The notes: generated from the sequence alone by a model not told the origin. A DNA stretch of 42,126 bases from a virus (IMGVR_UViG_3300012838_000029:1-42126); one strand, 5' to 3'. Shown: positions 16,543 through 27,084, counted from the first letter of the stretch. Translations and numbers: made by a program.

Positions 16543-19099
16543 CACGCGCTTCCAGGTCGAGTTCACCACGGACGGCAGTGGCAACGTCCGTGCTGAACTG
16601 CTGAGCGTGGGCAAGGCGGCCGAGGACGCTGGCAAGAAGGCGCAGGCCGCCGGCCGCGACTGGGAAGCCTTCGGGCGTGGCATCGGAACGTCGATCCGGG
16701 CGGGCACTGTCGCAGCCGCTGCGGCCATTGCGCTGGTCGGGCGCAACAGTATCGCGGCGCAGCAGGAGATGGCCCAGCTCGATGCCGTGCTCAAGTCGAC
16801 CGGTCAGGATGCTGCGTTCAGCCGTCAGGAGCTGACCGGCCTCGCCGAGGCGATCGCACGGGCCTCCACGTACTCAGCCGGTGAGATCACAAAAGCCGAG
16901 ACGCGCCTGCTGTCCTACTCGGGTATCGCTCGGGACAACTTCGCCGGGGCCTTGCAGATCGCCATCGACCAGGCCGCACGGCTGGGTATCAGCGTGGAGC
17001 AGTCGTCGGAGATCGTCGGCCGGGCGCTGGAGTCGCCCACGAAGGCTGCCGCGGCGCTGGCCCAGCAGGGCTTCGGTGCCGCCTTCACCGACTCGGTGCG
17101 CAAGTCGATCAAGGCGCTGGAAGACGCCGGCCGGGAGGCCGAAGCGCAGAGGATGGTCATGGACATCCTCACCGAATCCTACGGAGGCGCCGCTCAGGCG
17201 GCGCGGGACACCTTGGGCGGTGCCCTCCAGGCGCTAAGGCACACGCTCGAGGATCTCACGACGGCCCCTGACGGCAGCCTGGACGCAGCCACGGCTGGGG
17301 TGAACACCCTCATCGACACCCTCAACGATCCGGCCGTCAGGGAGGGCTTCTCCGCCATGACGGGGGTGATCGCGTCCCTGACCGCGCAGATGGCCGAGGG
17401 CCTCGGCCTGCTGACCCAGTACATCGCACGGTGGCAGGAAGCGAAGGCCCTGAGGGACGGCGGAAGTGCAGCCCAGACGAGTGCCGGGGGAATCGAGCGG
17501 CGCCAGGAAGATATCCGCGAGACGCTCGAGTCGATGCAGCGCCGGGAAGCGGGCTTGCTAGGCGGTGAATGGTCCTGGCGAGATGGCTACGGCGACACCC
17601 CCGCGCTCAGTGCAGTGCAGCGGCAGCGGCTGATGCGGGGCGGTGGGGACAATGCCCGCGCCAACATCATCAATGAGCTGAAGCGCGAAATGCTGCAGCT
17701 GGATGCCGAACTGGCGCGCCGCAACGGGCCGCAGGTGCAGCTGCTCGAGAACGGCGCCCTGCCGGAAGGCGCGCTCAACCCTGCGGGGCGGGTGCCGGTG
17801 CCGAGCGGCGGCGAACCCGACAAGGACGCCGAGCGCCGTGCCAACCGCATCGCCAGCGCCCTGCGCGCGGCCCAGGGCGTGGCCGCCGACTGGCAGCGCG
17901 AGCTGGACAGCACCGGCAACCCCATCCTGGACCGCTATGCAGACAGGCTGGCCAAGGTGCAGGACCAGGCCGAGCGGCTGGCGCAGGCCAAGGTGCCGGC
18001 GGACAAGATCCGCGAGTTCACCACCGAGATGAACGGCCTGGCCGAGCAGCTGCGCGACCAGGAGCTGGCCGAGTACCAGCGCGAGTTCGCGGCCGAGACC
18101 GAGGCCATGGCCGCCACCCTGGCCGGGCCCGGCGTGGAGGCAGCGCTGCGGTACGCCAAGGCGATGGAGGACCTGAGGAAGCAGCAGGAGCTGGGCTTGG
18201 TCACCGCCGACGTGGCGGCCGAGCGTGAGCGCTACTACGCGGACGTGCGGGACAGCGCCGCCACCGGCATGATCGCTGCCCTGCAGGAGGAGCGGGCCAC
18301 CCTGGGCATGAGCGCGCTGGACCTGGAGGTGTACGACAACCTCAAGCGCGCCGGCGTGGATGCCAGCAGCGAGATGGGCCAGGCCGTGGAGGTGCTGACC
18401 CGCCAGCTGCAGCGGGAGCGCGAGGCGATCGGGGCGATCAACGACACCGCCTCCGCCTTCCACGAGTTCGGCGCGGCGGTGCTGATGAACACCAGCCAGG
18501 CCGGCAACGCCCTGGACCAGTTTGCCGAGCGCATGAAGCGCATCGCCGCGAACATGATCATGGACAAGATGGTGCAGATGGCCTTCGGCGCGCTGATGGG
18601 CGGCTGGGGCTTCGGCGGCGGTGCCTACACCGGCAACGGCACCGGGGCCGGCTCCATGGGCGGCTTCGGCAACAACCTGGACAACTTCACCGGCAACCCG
18701 TACGCGGGCCTGGGCGGTGGTCGCGCCACCGGCGGCGGCGTCAACGGCAGCGGCATCTACGAGGTCACCGAGTACGGCCGGCCCGAGCTGCTGCGTCGCG
18801 GCGGCCGCACCTACCTGATGCCCGGCCAGGACGGCGTGGTGCTGCCGGCGCGGGAAGCGGGCGCCAGCGCCGGACCCGGGGCAGGGGGCGTCCAGATCAA
18901 CTTCCAGGTGGAGAACAACGCCGGTGCCGAGGTGCGGATGGGCGAGTCGAGCGTGGGCGCGGACGGATCGCTAAACCTGCGCATGTTCCTGGACGCCGCC
19001 AAGCAGCATGTCGACCAGGCCATCCTCGGCGGCGGCTCGACCGCGCGGGCCATCCAGAGCCGCTTCGCCGGGATGCAGACGCAGGGGAGGCAGGTCTGA
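16529..19099 (+). CDS. Tape measure protein
   Basis: 856 aa, Ala-rich and helical; C-terminal 'RATGGGV....YEVTEYGRPEL'. Confidence 0.9.
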   Translation: MATRSTRFQVEFTTDGSGNVRAELLSVGKAAEDAGKKAQAAGRDWEAFGRGIGTSIRAGTVAAAAAIALVGRNSIAAQQEMAQLDAVLKSTGQDAAFSRQELTGLAEAIARASTYSAGEITKAETRLLSYSGIARDNFAGALQIAIDQAARLGISVEQSSEIVGRALESPTKAAAALAQQGFGAAFTDSVRKSIKALEDAGREAEAQRMVMDILTESYGGAAQAARDTLGGALQALRHTLEDLTTAPDGSLDAATAGVNTLIDTLNDPAVREGFSAMTGVIASLTAQMAEGLGLLTQYIARWQEAKALRDGGSAAQTSAGGIERRQEDIRETLESMQRREAGLLGGEWSWRDGYGDTPALSAVQRQRLMRGGGDNARANIINELKREMLQLDAELARRNGPQVQLLENGALPEGALNPAGRVPVPSGGEPDKDAERRANRIASALRAAQGVAADWQRELDSTGNPILDRYADRLAKVQDQAERLAQAKVPADKIREFTTEMNGLAEQLRDQELAEYQREFAAETEAMAATLAGPGVEAALRYAKAMEDLRKQQELGLVTADVAAERERYYADVRDSAATGMIAALQEERATLGMSALDLEVYDNLKRAGVDASSEMGQAVEVLTRQLQREREAIGAINDTASAFHEFGAAVLMNTSQAGNALDQFAERMKRIAANMIMDKMVQMAFGALMGGWGFGGGAYTGNGTGAGSMGGFGNNLDNFTGNPYAGLGGGRATGGGVNGSGIYEVTEYGRPELLRRGGRTYLMPGQDGVVLPAREAGASAGPGAGGVQINFQVENNAGAEVRMGESSVGADGSLNLRMFLDAAKQHVDQAILGGGSTARAIQSRFAGMQTQGRQV

Positions 19100-19521
19100 T
19101 GCCCAACCCCACCTGGCCCAGCGGCCTGCCGCCCATGCCGCTCACCGAGGGGCTCAGCTACACCCCGCCGGACAACATCGTCCAGGACGAGATGGACGCC
19201 GCCACCTGGGCCTACCCGCGCCGCACCGGCGCCCTTGGCACGGTGACCTGCCGGCTGATCCTGCGGCCCGGCCAGCTGTGGGTGTTGCAGCAGTTCCACG
19301 AGGTGACGCTGCGCTGGGTGCGCCGCTTCGACTGGGTCGACTTCCAGCTGCCGCCGCACCCCTCCAACGTGGCCACCTACAGCTTCATCCGCAAGCCGCA
19401 GGTCACCGCGCGCCGCAACGGCATGACGTGGCTGGCCGCCCTCGAACTGCGCATCCACGCCCGGCCGTCCGGCGTGTTTCTCCTCGACGTAAGCAACGAA
19501 GAACAGGGGCTGACCACGTGA
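19099..19521 (+). CDS. Distal tail protein (gpM/Dit-like)
   Basis: 'WPSGLP...GLSYTPPDN.V..EMD...PRR.T' pattern directly after the TMP. Confidence 0.7.
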   Translation: MPNPTWPSGLPPMPLTEGLSYTPPDNIVQDEMDAATWAYPRRTGALGTVTCRLILRPGQLWVLQQFHEVTLRWVRRFDWVDFQLPPHPSNVATYSFIRKPQVTARRNGMTWLAALELRIHARPSGVFLLDVSNEEQGLTT

Positions 19522-21092
19522 GCATCAACGTCAACGACATTGTGTCAGTCAAGGACCTGCCGCGGAAGCCGGCGGGGGTGAGCGACGCGCTGGTCGGCAT
19601 TTCATCCAATCCTGCCGATCCGCCATTTCTCGCACCGTTTGATCAGCTGCCGATCCCGGCTGCAATGCAGGCCGCTTTGGACGCGCTCGCCGCTGGCCAG
19701 AGTGCAGGGCAACTGGTCTATCGGACATGGCCCGAGCTGTCGGCGGTCACAGGTTCGGTAGGGGTGGGGGCCCAGGTTATCGGGGACGCTGGCACCCACA
19801 CTGATCCGGTGGTTGGAGGCACGGTTGCCAACGCCGGGCAGTACGTATGGAGCGCGTCTCCGCCTGGCTGGCGCTGGGTGCGTGCTGACCTTCTTCCGAT
19901 GAAGGCAGACGCCACGCAGGTCGAGGCACTAGCCGCGGGCGAGTTCGACAACTTTCGTATCGCTCAGATGGGGCCGGAGAGTGGCTATCTCTGGGCGCTT
20001 GCCGACCAAGCGGGTCGTAGCCCGATCCGGGTGGCGGTCGATGGCACTGTCGAGATGGCGAAGGCTGCGGTAGGTGACGCCCGTGCAGTGCCGCTCTCGC
20101 CGGAGACAGGGTACGCCTGGGCAGTGGTTGACCTGAATAACCGGATCGGACTTGGCCTCAAGCAAGACGGGACCGTCGTGGGCAAGGGGCTGGGCGGCGG
20201 CGTTGCGCCGGATGCCAGCCCGTACATCACCCCGACCAAGAACCTGTGGTGCATCGGTGACTCCATGACTGCCGGCGCCGGTGGGCAGGTGACGTGGCGT
20301 CAGGTGATCGAGGCAAACAACCCGGCTCGCGCGGTTACAAACGCCGGCATTGGCGGACAGACCTCACCGCAGATTGCTGCGCGGGTTGGCGCATACGTCT
20401 CGCTGGTCACGGCTGCCGGCGACAGCATCCCCGCTTCCGGCGGTGTGGTCCTGACGGACCTCAGTATCAAGCTGTTGTCCACTCCGGCCGACAATTCGGG
20501 GGGCACGCGCACGATCCCGGGCTGGCTGGGCGGTGTGTACGGCACGCTGTCCTGCCTCAACGCGACCACGGGCGACGCTGATGATGTCTACACCTTCACC
20601 CGCCAGTCTCTTGGCGCCCAGGTGTATCTGGCCCCAGGCTCTCCTTTCGTTCCAGACACAGGCACTCGCGCATTCGACGTGCTGATTGTCTTCGTCGGGC
20701 GCAACAACCTGAGCGATGTGGAGACGATCAAGCGCGACATTGCGCGCTGCGTTGGCCTACAGAAGACCGTGGAGAAGCGTTTTCTGATCATCACGCCGCC
20801 CAACGGCGGGACGACCACGCCTGGGCAGTCCACGGCTGAAGGCACCGGCAGTAGCACGCTCGCCAACATCAAGGCGGTCGAGCAGTGGGCAGTGCAGGAA
20901 TACGGTGACCGCGTGCTGCTATCGCGTCCCTATAGCTGGCAGTTCCACAACGGCAGCGCCGACGATCTTGATGATGTGGCGAAGGAGACCGTCCCGCGAT
21001 CGTTGCGGATCGACGGCGTGCATTGGACTACCGCATTCCACGCGCAGATTGCCGCGTGGGTGCAGAACGAATTGAACAGGAGAAACTGGTGA
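19518..21092 (+). CDS. Tail spike / receptor-binding protein with SGNH (GDSL) hydrolase domain
   Basis: SGNH blocks GDSMT, NAGIGG, GRNN and DGVH; duplicated 'PESGY.WA..D..R.....DGTV' motif. Confidence 0.75.
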   Translation: MSINVNDIVSVKDLPRKPAGVSDALVGISSNPADPPFLAPFDQLPIPAAMQAALDALAAGQSAGQLVYRTWPELSAVTGSVGVGAQVIGDAGTHTDPVVGGTVANAGQYVWSASPPGWRWVRADLLPMKADATQVEALAAGEFDNFRIAQMGPESGYLWALADQAGRSPIRVAVDGTVEMAKAAVGDARAVPLSPETGYAWAVVDLNNRIGLGLKQDGTVVGKGLGGGVAPDASPYITPTKNLWCIGDSMTAGAGGQVTWRQVIEANNPARAVTNAGIGGQTSPQIAARVGAYVSLVTAAGDSIPASGGVVLTDLSIKLLSTPADNSGGTRTIPGWLGGVYGTLSCLNATTGDADDVYTFTRQSLGAQVYLAPGSPFVPDTGTRAFDVLIVFVGRNNLSDVETIKRDIARCVGLQKTVEKRFLIITPPNGGTTTPGQSTAEGTGSSTLANIKAVEQWAVQEYGDRVLLSRPYSWQFHNGSADDLDDVAKETVPRSLRIDGVHWTTAFHAQIAAWVQNELNRRNW

Positions 21093-22000
21093 TGAGCGGA
21101 CAAAAGATCGTGCTGACGGGCGTGAGCTTCACCGACCCGAGCCTGCCCATCTTGGCGGATGACCCGCTGTTGGTGCCAGGCTCGCTCCTGTTGTGGGACC
21201 CGTCCCATAGCATGGGCGCGTTCGACGGCGTGCCAACCGCGAGTGGAGCGCCCATGCCGAACGTCGCGTGGAAGGAGGCTGCGGCAATCCTTGGCGGGGG
21301 TGGCGAGGCCGACCTTGCATTCAAGGTCAACGCCGCGATCACGGGTCTTGCAGCTGGGCAGGCACAGGCCGAACGTACTGCCAAAGGCGGCGTCCATGTG
21401 ATGATGACTCACGCTGGCCTGTCGGCTTCGCGAGGATGGGCGTTCAACGCGGCAACGGCCATCCGCGACTACATCTATGCCAACCGCAACACCCACCAGT
21501 TCTACGTGTCCATGTGGCGCAGGCAGACGCGGCCGTCAAAGGTCGGGGTGAACCCGGCGCAGTCGCCGTTCCACTTCATCAACGACACGGGCGCCACGTC
21601 GAACAACCTGTTCACCATGTCGAACGGGGTGTTCTCTCAGTCTGCGCCGGGCATCCCGCAAGTTCACAACGTGCCGTCCACCACCGAGAACAACGGTAAC
21701 ACCCCGGCCGGCACCAACCGCTACTCTAGTGCGCGGATCAGCGGAGGCATGGGAACTGGTCCCACGGCTACTCAGCAGATCATGGCCGGCGTGGGCTCCT
21801 TCTCCTCATGGAACAGCTTTAATCAGCCCGGTCCGCCCAGCGCCATCCTGTACCGCGTGTACCTCGAGGACCTGACGGTGTCCGGGCGCACCTACGAGCA
21901 AGTCGATGCCATCAACCACGCTCTTTGGCAGGCGGCCTTCGCTGCGGGAGGCAAGTACCACGGCGACACCTATAGCGATCCGGCGACTGCGGTCCCTTGA
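21092..22000 (+). CDS. Tail-spike-associated protein
   Basis: Coupled to the spike gene; same atypical codon usage; beta-rich. Confidence 0.6.
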   Translation: MSGQKIVLTGVSFTDPSLPILADDPLLVPGSLLLWDPSHSMGAFDGVPTASGAPMPNVAWKEAAAILGGGGEADLAFKVNAAITGLAAGQAQAERTAKGGVHVMMTHAGLSASRGWAFNAATAIRDYIYANRNTHQFYVSMWRRQTRPSKVGVNPAQSPFHFINDTGATSNNLFTMSNGVFSQSAPGIPQVHNVPSTTENNGNTPAGTNRYSSARISGGMGTGPTATQQIMAGVGSFSSWNSFNQPGPPSAILYRVYLEDLTVSGRTYEQVDAINHALWQAAFAAGGKYHGDTYSDPATAVP

Positions 22001-22108
22001 TGCTTTTCCAACTCGCCACCGCCTGCGCCACGCTCACTCGCTTGCGCTGCGCTGTGAACGTCGTCCAGTGGCGTTACGGCGCCGCGCCCGGTCTGGGAGC
22101 CCACTGAC

Positions 22109-22588
22109 ATGCCCCGCACCCTCTCCCCCGAAGCCGTCGCCGCGTTCCTCTCCCAGGAGAGCGAGGAGGTGCTGTTCGCGTGCGTGCGCATCGACCACCC
22201 GGACCTGCCGCAGCCGATCCGCCTGGTGAACAACACCGAGCCGGCCGTTCGCGTGGATGGCATCTACAGCCCTGCGGACATGACCGTCGAGCTGCCTGAC
22301 GACACCGAGGACGGCAGCGGCGCCGCAGCGCTTTCATGCTCCAACGTCAAGCGCGAGGTGATGGGCTACATCCGCTCGCTGCGCGGCGTGCCCACGTGCC
22401 GCATCGAGGCGTGCCTGGCCAGCTCGCCGGACCGGGTGGAGATGGGGCCGTACAGGTTCGACATCGTCGGCTCGGCCTACGACGTGCTGCGCGTGCACCT
22501 CACCCTCGGGCAGGACGACGCGTTCCTCAACCAGTGGTTCCCCTACGACGAGGTGACGCCGGTGAGCCACCCGGGGCTGCCGTGGTGA
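22109..22588 (+). CDS. Minor tail protein (DUF1833 / gpL-like)
   Basis: 'IDHPDLPQPIRLVNNTE...VELPDD...FLNQWFP...TPVSHPGL'. Confidence 0.78.
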   Translation: MPRTLSPEAVAAFLSQESEEVLFACVRIDHPDLPQPIRLVNNTEPAVRVDGIYSPADMTVELPDDTEDGSGAAALSCSNVKREVMGYIRSLRGVPTCRIEACLASSPDRVEMGPYRFDIVGSAYDVLRVHLTLGQDDAFLNQWFPYDEVTPVSHPGLPW

Positions 22589-22911
22589 ACCTCGCGCCCT
22601 GGATCGGCCTGCCGCACCCCGGGCGCCGCGGCTGCTACCGCTTCGCCGCGCGCTTCCTGGCGGCGGAGGCGGGGCTGCGCTTGCCGCTCAACCGGGAACT
22701 GGCGCTGGCCCACGGCTGGGCGCCGGTGGAGCGGCCGCAGCGATTCGACGTGGTGGTGTTCAACCGCGGCGCCCGGCCGGGGCATATCGGCGTGTGCCTG
22801 GGCCGCGGCGAGTTCCTCCACGTGGTGGAGGGGGAGACCAGCACCATCGATTACCTGACCGACCTCGCGTACCAGCCGCGGATCGAGGGCTTCTACCGAT
22901 GCAGCACCTGA
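22585..22911 (+). CDS. NlpC/P60-family tail assembly protein (gpK-like)
   Basis: 'WIGLP...GCY...GHIGVCLG.GEFLH' retains the Cys-His-His pattern. Confidence 0.75.
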   Translation: MNLAPWIGLPHPGRRGCYRFAARFLAAEAGLRLPLNRELALAHGWAPVERPQRFDVVVFNRGARPGHIGVCLGRGEFLHVVEGETSTIDYLTDLAYQPRIEGFYRCST

Positions 22912-25445
22912 GCAGCTTCGCCTTCCGCGCCCACCCGCAGGGCATCGAGTACTCCGTGCCGGTGCGCGCGGGCCAGACCCTGCACCAGATGCTGCTGGAG
23001 GTCACCGCCGGCAAGCCCTACCACGGGGATGTGGTGATCCTGGACCCGCACGGCCACGAGGTGCCGCCGGCGCTCTGGAACAAGGTGCGGCCCAAGCCGG
23101 GCGCCAGGTTCCTGGTGGTGAACCACTCGGTGCACGGCAACGCGGCCCGCACCGTCCTGATGATCGCGGTGATGGCCGCGGCGATGTGGGTGACCGCCGG
23201 CGGCGCCGCGTTCACGACTGCCGGCGGCGCCACCTGGTTCGGCGCCAGCAGCTTGAGCGCCGCGGCGCTCGGAGCAACCGTGATGGTCGCCGGCACCATG
23301 CTGGTGGACAAGCTGGTGCCGCTGGCCCAGCCCGGCACCTCCACCGGCACCCGCGGCCAGTGGAACCAGATCACCGGCTTCCGCAACCGGGCCAACCAGT
23401 GGGGCGCCGTGCCCTGCGTGCTGGGCGAGGACCTGATCTACCCGACGTACGCGGCGGCGCCCTACAGCGAGGTGGTGGGCGAGACCTCCTACCACTACTA
23501 CCTGTTCGAGCTGGGCCCCGGCGACGACCTGCTGGTCGACCAGATGACGATCAACGGCACCGACACCTCGGACTACGACGAGGTGTACATCAACGTCACC
23601 CGCACCCCGCGCCTGTACCTCAACACCGTGCTGGAGAACGCGGTGGGCGCGGACATGGACGACGACGGCGAGGTGGTCTACCGCACCACCGAGCCGGACA
23701 CCGACCGAATCTCGATCGACATCCTGAAGTACGCGGGCCTGTTCGGCGTCGGCACCAGCGGCAAAGACTTCAGCATGTACGTGGGCTGGTCCATCCGGTA
23801 CCGACCGGTGGGTGACGACGCCGCGCCCTGGCAGCTGCCCGAGAACCCGCAGCTGTCGCGCATGACCACCCAGCGCCCGCAGAAGGCCCCGCTGAGCGTG
23901 ACCGGCGTCGATTACTGGGTCTCCGGCATGTACAAGAATCCGTTCGGCGCCACCATCGCCTGGGACGTGCCGCGCGGGCAGTACGAGGTGCGGGTGCGCC
24001 GGGTGAACTCGCACCGGGGCAGCGCCTCCAATACCTACGTGGACCAGGCGCGGTGGCACACCCTGCGCTCCATCCGCCTGCAGGCGCCCACCAACACCAG
24101 CACCAACAAGGTGGAGATGCGCATCCGCGCCAGCGGCCGCCTGACGGGCTTCATCGACGGCTTCCGGTGCCGGGTGCGCCAGCAGGTCCCGGTGTACGAC
24201 CGGGAGACGGACACCTGGTCCGCCCCGGTGTTCACCAAGAACCCGGCATGGGTCGTCTACTGGCACATGACCCGCAACCCGGGCCTGCACCTGCACGCCG
24301 GCGACGAGGAGATGCACCTGGAGGTATGGGCCAACTACGCCGAATACTGCGCCACCCACGGCCTGGAGATCGGCACCACGGCCGATGTGCGCGGCCCGAA
24401 CCGGGAGATGATCAACAAGCTGCTCGGCGGCGCCATGGCCAGCCTGGGCAAGCGCGATGGCAAGTGGCTGCCGGTATACGACCCCGGTGACGTGGTGCCG
24501 CGTGACAGCTTCTCCGCGCTGGACCTGAAGGACTTCCGTCTGGAGCGCACCCACCGCGAGAACCCCCACGCGGTGCGCGTGCTGTTCAAGAACACCCTGG
24601 CCGGCTGGCGCGAGGACGAGGTCATCGTGCTGGCCGACGGCTACAGCCTCAACGGCCTGGACGCGCGGGGCAACCCGTCCGCGCTGCCCGCGCCCACCCG
24701 CTGGGAGACCCACCGCCTCGAGCTGGCCATGACGCCGCAGCAGGTGTGGGTGCTGATCCGCTATCAGATGGCCCAGGCCGAATACCGCCCCTGGGTGGCC
24801 TCCTGGTCCACCGGCCGCGCCGGCCTGCGCGTGGTACGGGGCGACGCGGTGCGGGTCTCCCACGATTCGGTGCAGTGGGGCACCGGCGCGGGCTTCGTGG
24901 CCGAGGTGACGGCCGGGGGCTACGCCGGCGCCGCCGCTACGGTGCGGCTGGACGAGACCATCGCCAGCGAGCCGGGCAAGACCTACCAGCTGCAGCTACG
25001 GCACCGCCGCAGCGGCGAGACCCGCATCGTGGCCTGCACGCCGCACAGCGCCTACACCGACACCTTCTACCTGCCGGCCCTGCCCCCGGGGGTCAGCCTG
25101 GGCCAGCTGGTGGAGCCGGGCGACACCGCGGTGCTGGGCGAGTCGGAGAAGGTCTCCGAGGTGGTGTTCATCACCGGCGTGCGCTACCCGGAGCTGCTGC
25201 GCCCGGCGCTCACCGCCGTGGCCTACGACCCGCGCATCGGCCCGTACTGGGCCAACCCGCCGGAGAACCTGCCCACCGCGCTGGGCTCGCGGGCCAGCGA
25301 GCTGCCGGACCCGCCGGACCTGGTCAACGTGATCTCCTCTCCGGAGCACGACATGCCTGACGATGCCGGCATCGTCGGCCCGATGATCCGCATCGGCGTG
25401 CGCCAGCGCTCCCGCCCGATGACCCAGGAGATGCTGGAAGCATGA
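22899..25445 (+). CDS. Tail tip / host-specificity protein (gpI plus gpJ-like)
   Basis: 'WNKVRPKPG', 'N.ANQWGAVP.VLG', 'GQYEVRVRR', 'TKNPAW'; 848 aa. Confidence 0.85.
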   Translation: MQHLSSFAFRAHPQGIEYSVPVRAGQTLHQMLLEVTAGKPYHGDVVILDPHGHEVPPALWNKVRPKPGARFLVVNHSVHGNAARTVLMIAVMAAAMWVTAGGAAFTTAGGATWFGASSLSAAALGATVMVAGTMLVDKLVPLAQPGTSTGTRGQWNQITGFRNRANQWGAVPCVLGEDLIYPTYAAAPYSEVVGETSYHYYLFELGPGDDLLVDQMTINGTDTSDYDEVYINVTRTPRLYLNTVLENAVGADMDDDGEVVYRTTEPDTDRISIDILKYAGLFGVGTSGKDFSMYVGWSIRYRPVGDDAAPWQLPENPQLSRMTTQRPQKAPLSVTGVDYWVSGMYKNPFGATIAWDVPRGQYEVRVRRVNSHRGSASNTYVDQARWHTLRSIRLQAPTNTSTNKVEMRIRASGRLTGFIDGFRCRVRQQVPVYDRETDTWSAPVFTKNPAWVVYWHMTRNPGLHLHAGDEEMHLEVWANYAEYCATHGLEIGTTADVRGPNREMINKLLGGAMASLGKRDGKWLPVYDPGDVVPRDSFSALDLKDFRLERTHRENPHAVRVLFKNTLAGWREDEVIVLADGYSLNGLDARGNPSALPAPTRWETHRLELAMTPQQVWVLIRYQMAQAEYRPWVASWSTGRAGLRVVRGDAVRVSHDSVQWGTGAGFVAEVTAGGYAGAAATVRLDETIASEPGKTYQLQLRHRRSGETRIVACTPHSAYTDTFYLPALPPGVSLGQLVEPGDTAVLGESEKVSEVVFITGVRYPELLRPALTAVAYDPRIGPYWANPPENLPTALGSRASELPDPPDLVNVISSPEHDMPDDAGIVGPMIRIGVRQRSRPMTQEMLEA

Positions 25446-26098
25446 GCGCGCCCACCGTGGCCTATGACGTGCGCTGGCGGGTGGCCGCCGATGCGGAGGA
25501 CTGGACCGTCAAGCGGTTCGAGCTGGGCGCGGCGATCGACATCCGCGATGGCCTGCAGCGCGACACCGTGTATGAGGGCGGCATCCGCTCGGTGGCCGCC
25601 TCGGGCAAGACCTCGGCCTGGGTGCCATTCGAGGTGGCCGTGCCCGGAACGCACCGCGAGGGCGCTGCAGCGCTGCCGGTGAATGCCTTCGCCAACCAGG
25701 CTTCAGCATGGGACGTGGACACCTCGGTGGAGTACGTGGCCAGCACGGACGGCAGCGGCGACAGCGTGGCGGTGATCACCATCAGCGCCGGCAGCCTGGT
25801 GGTCGGCGACTCCACCGTCGCCTACGCCACCAGCAGCGCTTCGGTCGCCGGCGAGCCGGAGACCGAGAAGCGCGTGTACCTCTACTACGACGACCCGCGT
25901 CTGCAGGGAGGCGCCCGCACCCTGGGCGTGGCCGAGAACTACGTCGACAGCCTGCGCGGCGCGGGCCGCGTGGCCATCACCACCGTGCTGCTGCAGTTCC
26001 CCGCGATCGGCGCGCCGCCCAACACGGGCGGCGGCGGCATCGGCGGCGGCGGTGGCGGCGGCGGCGCCCACAACACTCCGGAGCAAGCCCCGCTATGA
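25442..26098 (+). CDS. Tail tip C-terminal protein (FN3-like domain plus poly-Gly tail)
   Basis: 'YDVRWR...W....GLQRDTVYEGGIRSVAASGKTSAW' FN3 pattern; 'YLYYDDP.LQGG'. Confidence 0.65.
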   Translation: MSAPTVAYDVRWRVAADAEDWTVKRFELGAAIDIRDGLQRDTVYEGGIRSVAASGKTSAWVPFEVAVPGTHREGAAALPVNAFANQASAWDVDTSVEYVASTDGSGDSVAVITISAGSLVVGDSTVAYATSSASVAGEPETEKRVYLYYDDPRLQGGARTLGVAENYVDSLRGAGRVAITTVLLQFPAIGAPPNTGGGGIGGGGGGGGAHNTPEQAPL

Positions 26099-26475
26099 CC
26101 TATACCAAGCGCGAAGACCTGGCCGGCCGCCCGGGCGAGACTGTCGTGGCGCTGGACGACGGCCACCTGGTGGCCATCTCCTGCGCCCGCAAGCTGCTGG
26201 GCAACCGGATCTCCTTCCACGTGCTGGCCCGCGCGATCGACACCGCCGGCGCCCCCCTGCGCGACGCCGGCGGCGAGCCCATCGAGCGCGAGTTCAAGTT
26301 CAGCGCCGACGTCGGTACCGACGCCGACGAGATGGCACGCCAGTGCCTGCTGGCGGCGCTGGGCGAGCCCACCACGCTGCCGCTGGGCCCGATGGGCCAG
26401 GCCAGCCACAGCATCCGCGTTGCACTGGCGGCGGCGCCGGTGGCAGGGGCGGTCGACGCGGGGGCGATGCTGTAG
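26095..26475 (+). CDS. Hypothetical tail-associated protein
   Basis: ATGA coupling; last gene of the tail operon. Confidence 0.65.
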   Translation: MTYTKREDLAGRPGETVVALDDGHLVAISCARKLLGNRISFHVLARAIDTAGAPLRDAGGEPIEREFKFSADVGTDADEMARQCLLAALGEPTTLPLGPMGQASHSIRVALAAAPVAGAVDAGAML

Positions 26476-26568
26476 GGGCCGGCCCAGGGGTCGGGATTGG
26501 TTGCGCCGGGGCCCGGCCCCCTGACACCCTGACAGCCCGGCATCGCGCCGGAAACGCGGAGTAGGGCA

Positions 26569-27084
26569 ATGGACATGGCGCAGTGGAAGCACACGGCCAC
26601 CGCGGAGGTCCCGGCGGGGAGCATCGTGCTTCACGAGGACAACGTGTACCTGGCCTGCCACGACGACTTCCTGGACGACAATGCCCTCGGGTTCCTCGTG
26701 CTTTCCGGGCCGCTCTGCGGGCACGTGGATCGCATCGACGCGCCGGGCTGCCGGGTGTTCCAGGGGGAAGTCGCGTTCGAGCCCTCCATGGACGAAGCCG
26801 CCGCCGATGGCGTCGAGCCCGGGGAGTACATCGCGTGCCTGCTGGTCACACCAGAGGGCATGCGCCTCGTGGCGCATGCCGACGGCTACAACGTGCTGGT
26901 CACCTGCCAAGGCCAGGTTGTCCGCGTCCACGGCGTGTCCAGCGACTGGCCTGTCATCGGCGCATGGACGCTGGTGCTCATTGGCCCCGGCGATCAGCGC
27001 ACGCGCTTCCTCGAAGTGAAGGCTGTGCCCGAGGCCTTCGGGTCAGAACTTTCTGACCCGGCCGGCCGGGCTTCCCCGATATAA
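26569..27084 (+). CDS. Hypothetical protein (moron)
   Basis: GGAG upstream; 171-aa globular acidic protein with no recognised family. Confidence 0.6.
   Translation: MDMAQWKHTATAEVPAGSIVLHEDNVYLACHDDFLDDNALGFLVLSGPLCGHVDRIDAPGCRVFQGEVAFEPSMDEAAADGVEPGEYIACLLVTPEGMRLVAHADGYNVLVTCQGQVVRVHGVSSDWPVIGAWTLVLIGPGDQRTRFLEVKAVPEAFGSELSDPAGRASPI

Noticed and set aside
26026-26067. GGC trinucleotide run
   Set aside because: Encodes a poly-Gly linker common at tail tip C-termini; in-frame, so not a phase-variation tract.
19518-26475. Diversity-generating retroelement or invertible tail-fibre cassette driven by the serine recombinase
   Set aside because: No reverse transcriptase, no TR/VR pair, and no inverted alternative fibre ends or flanking inverted repeats seen.
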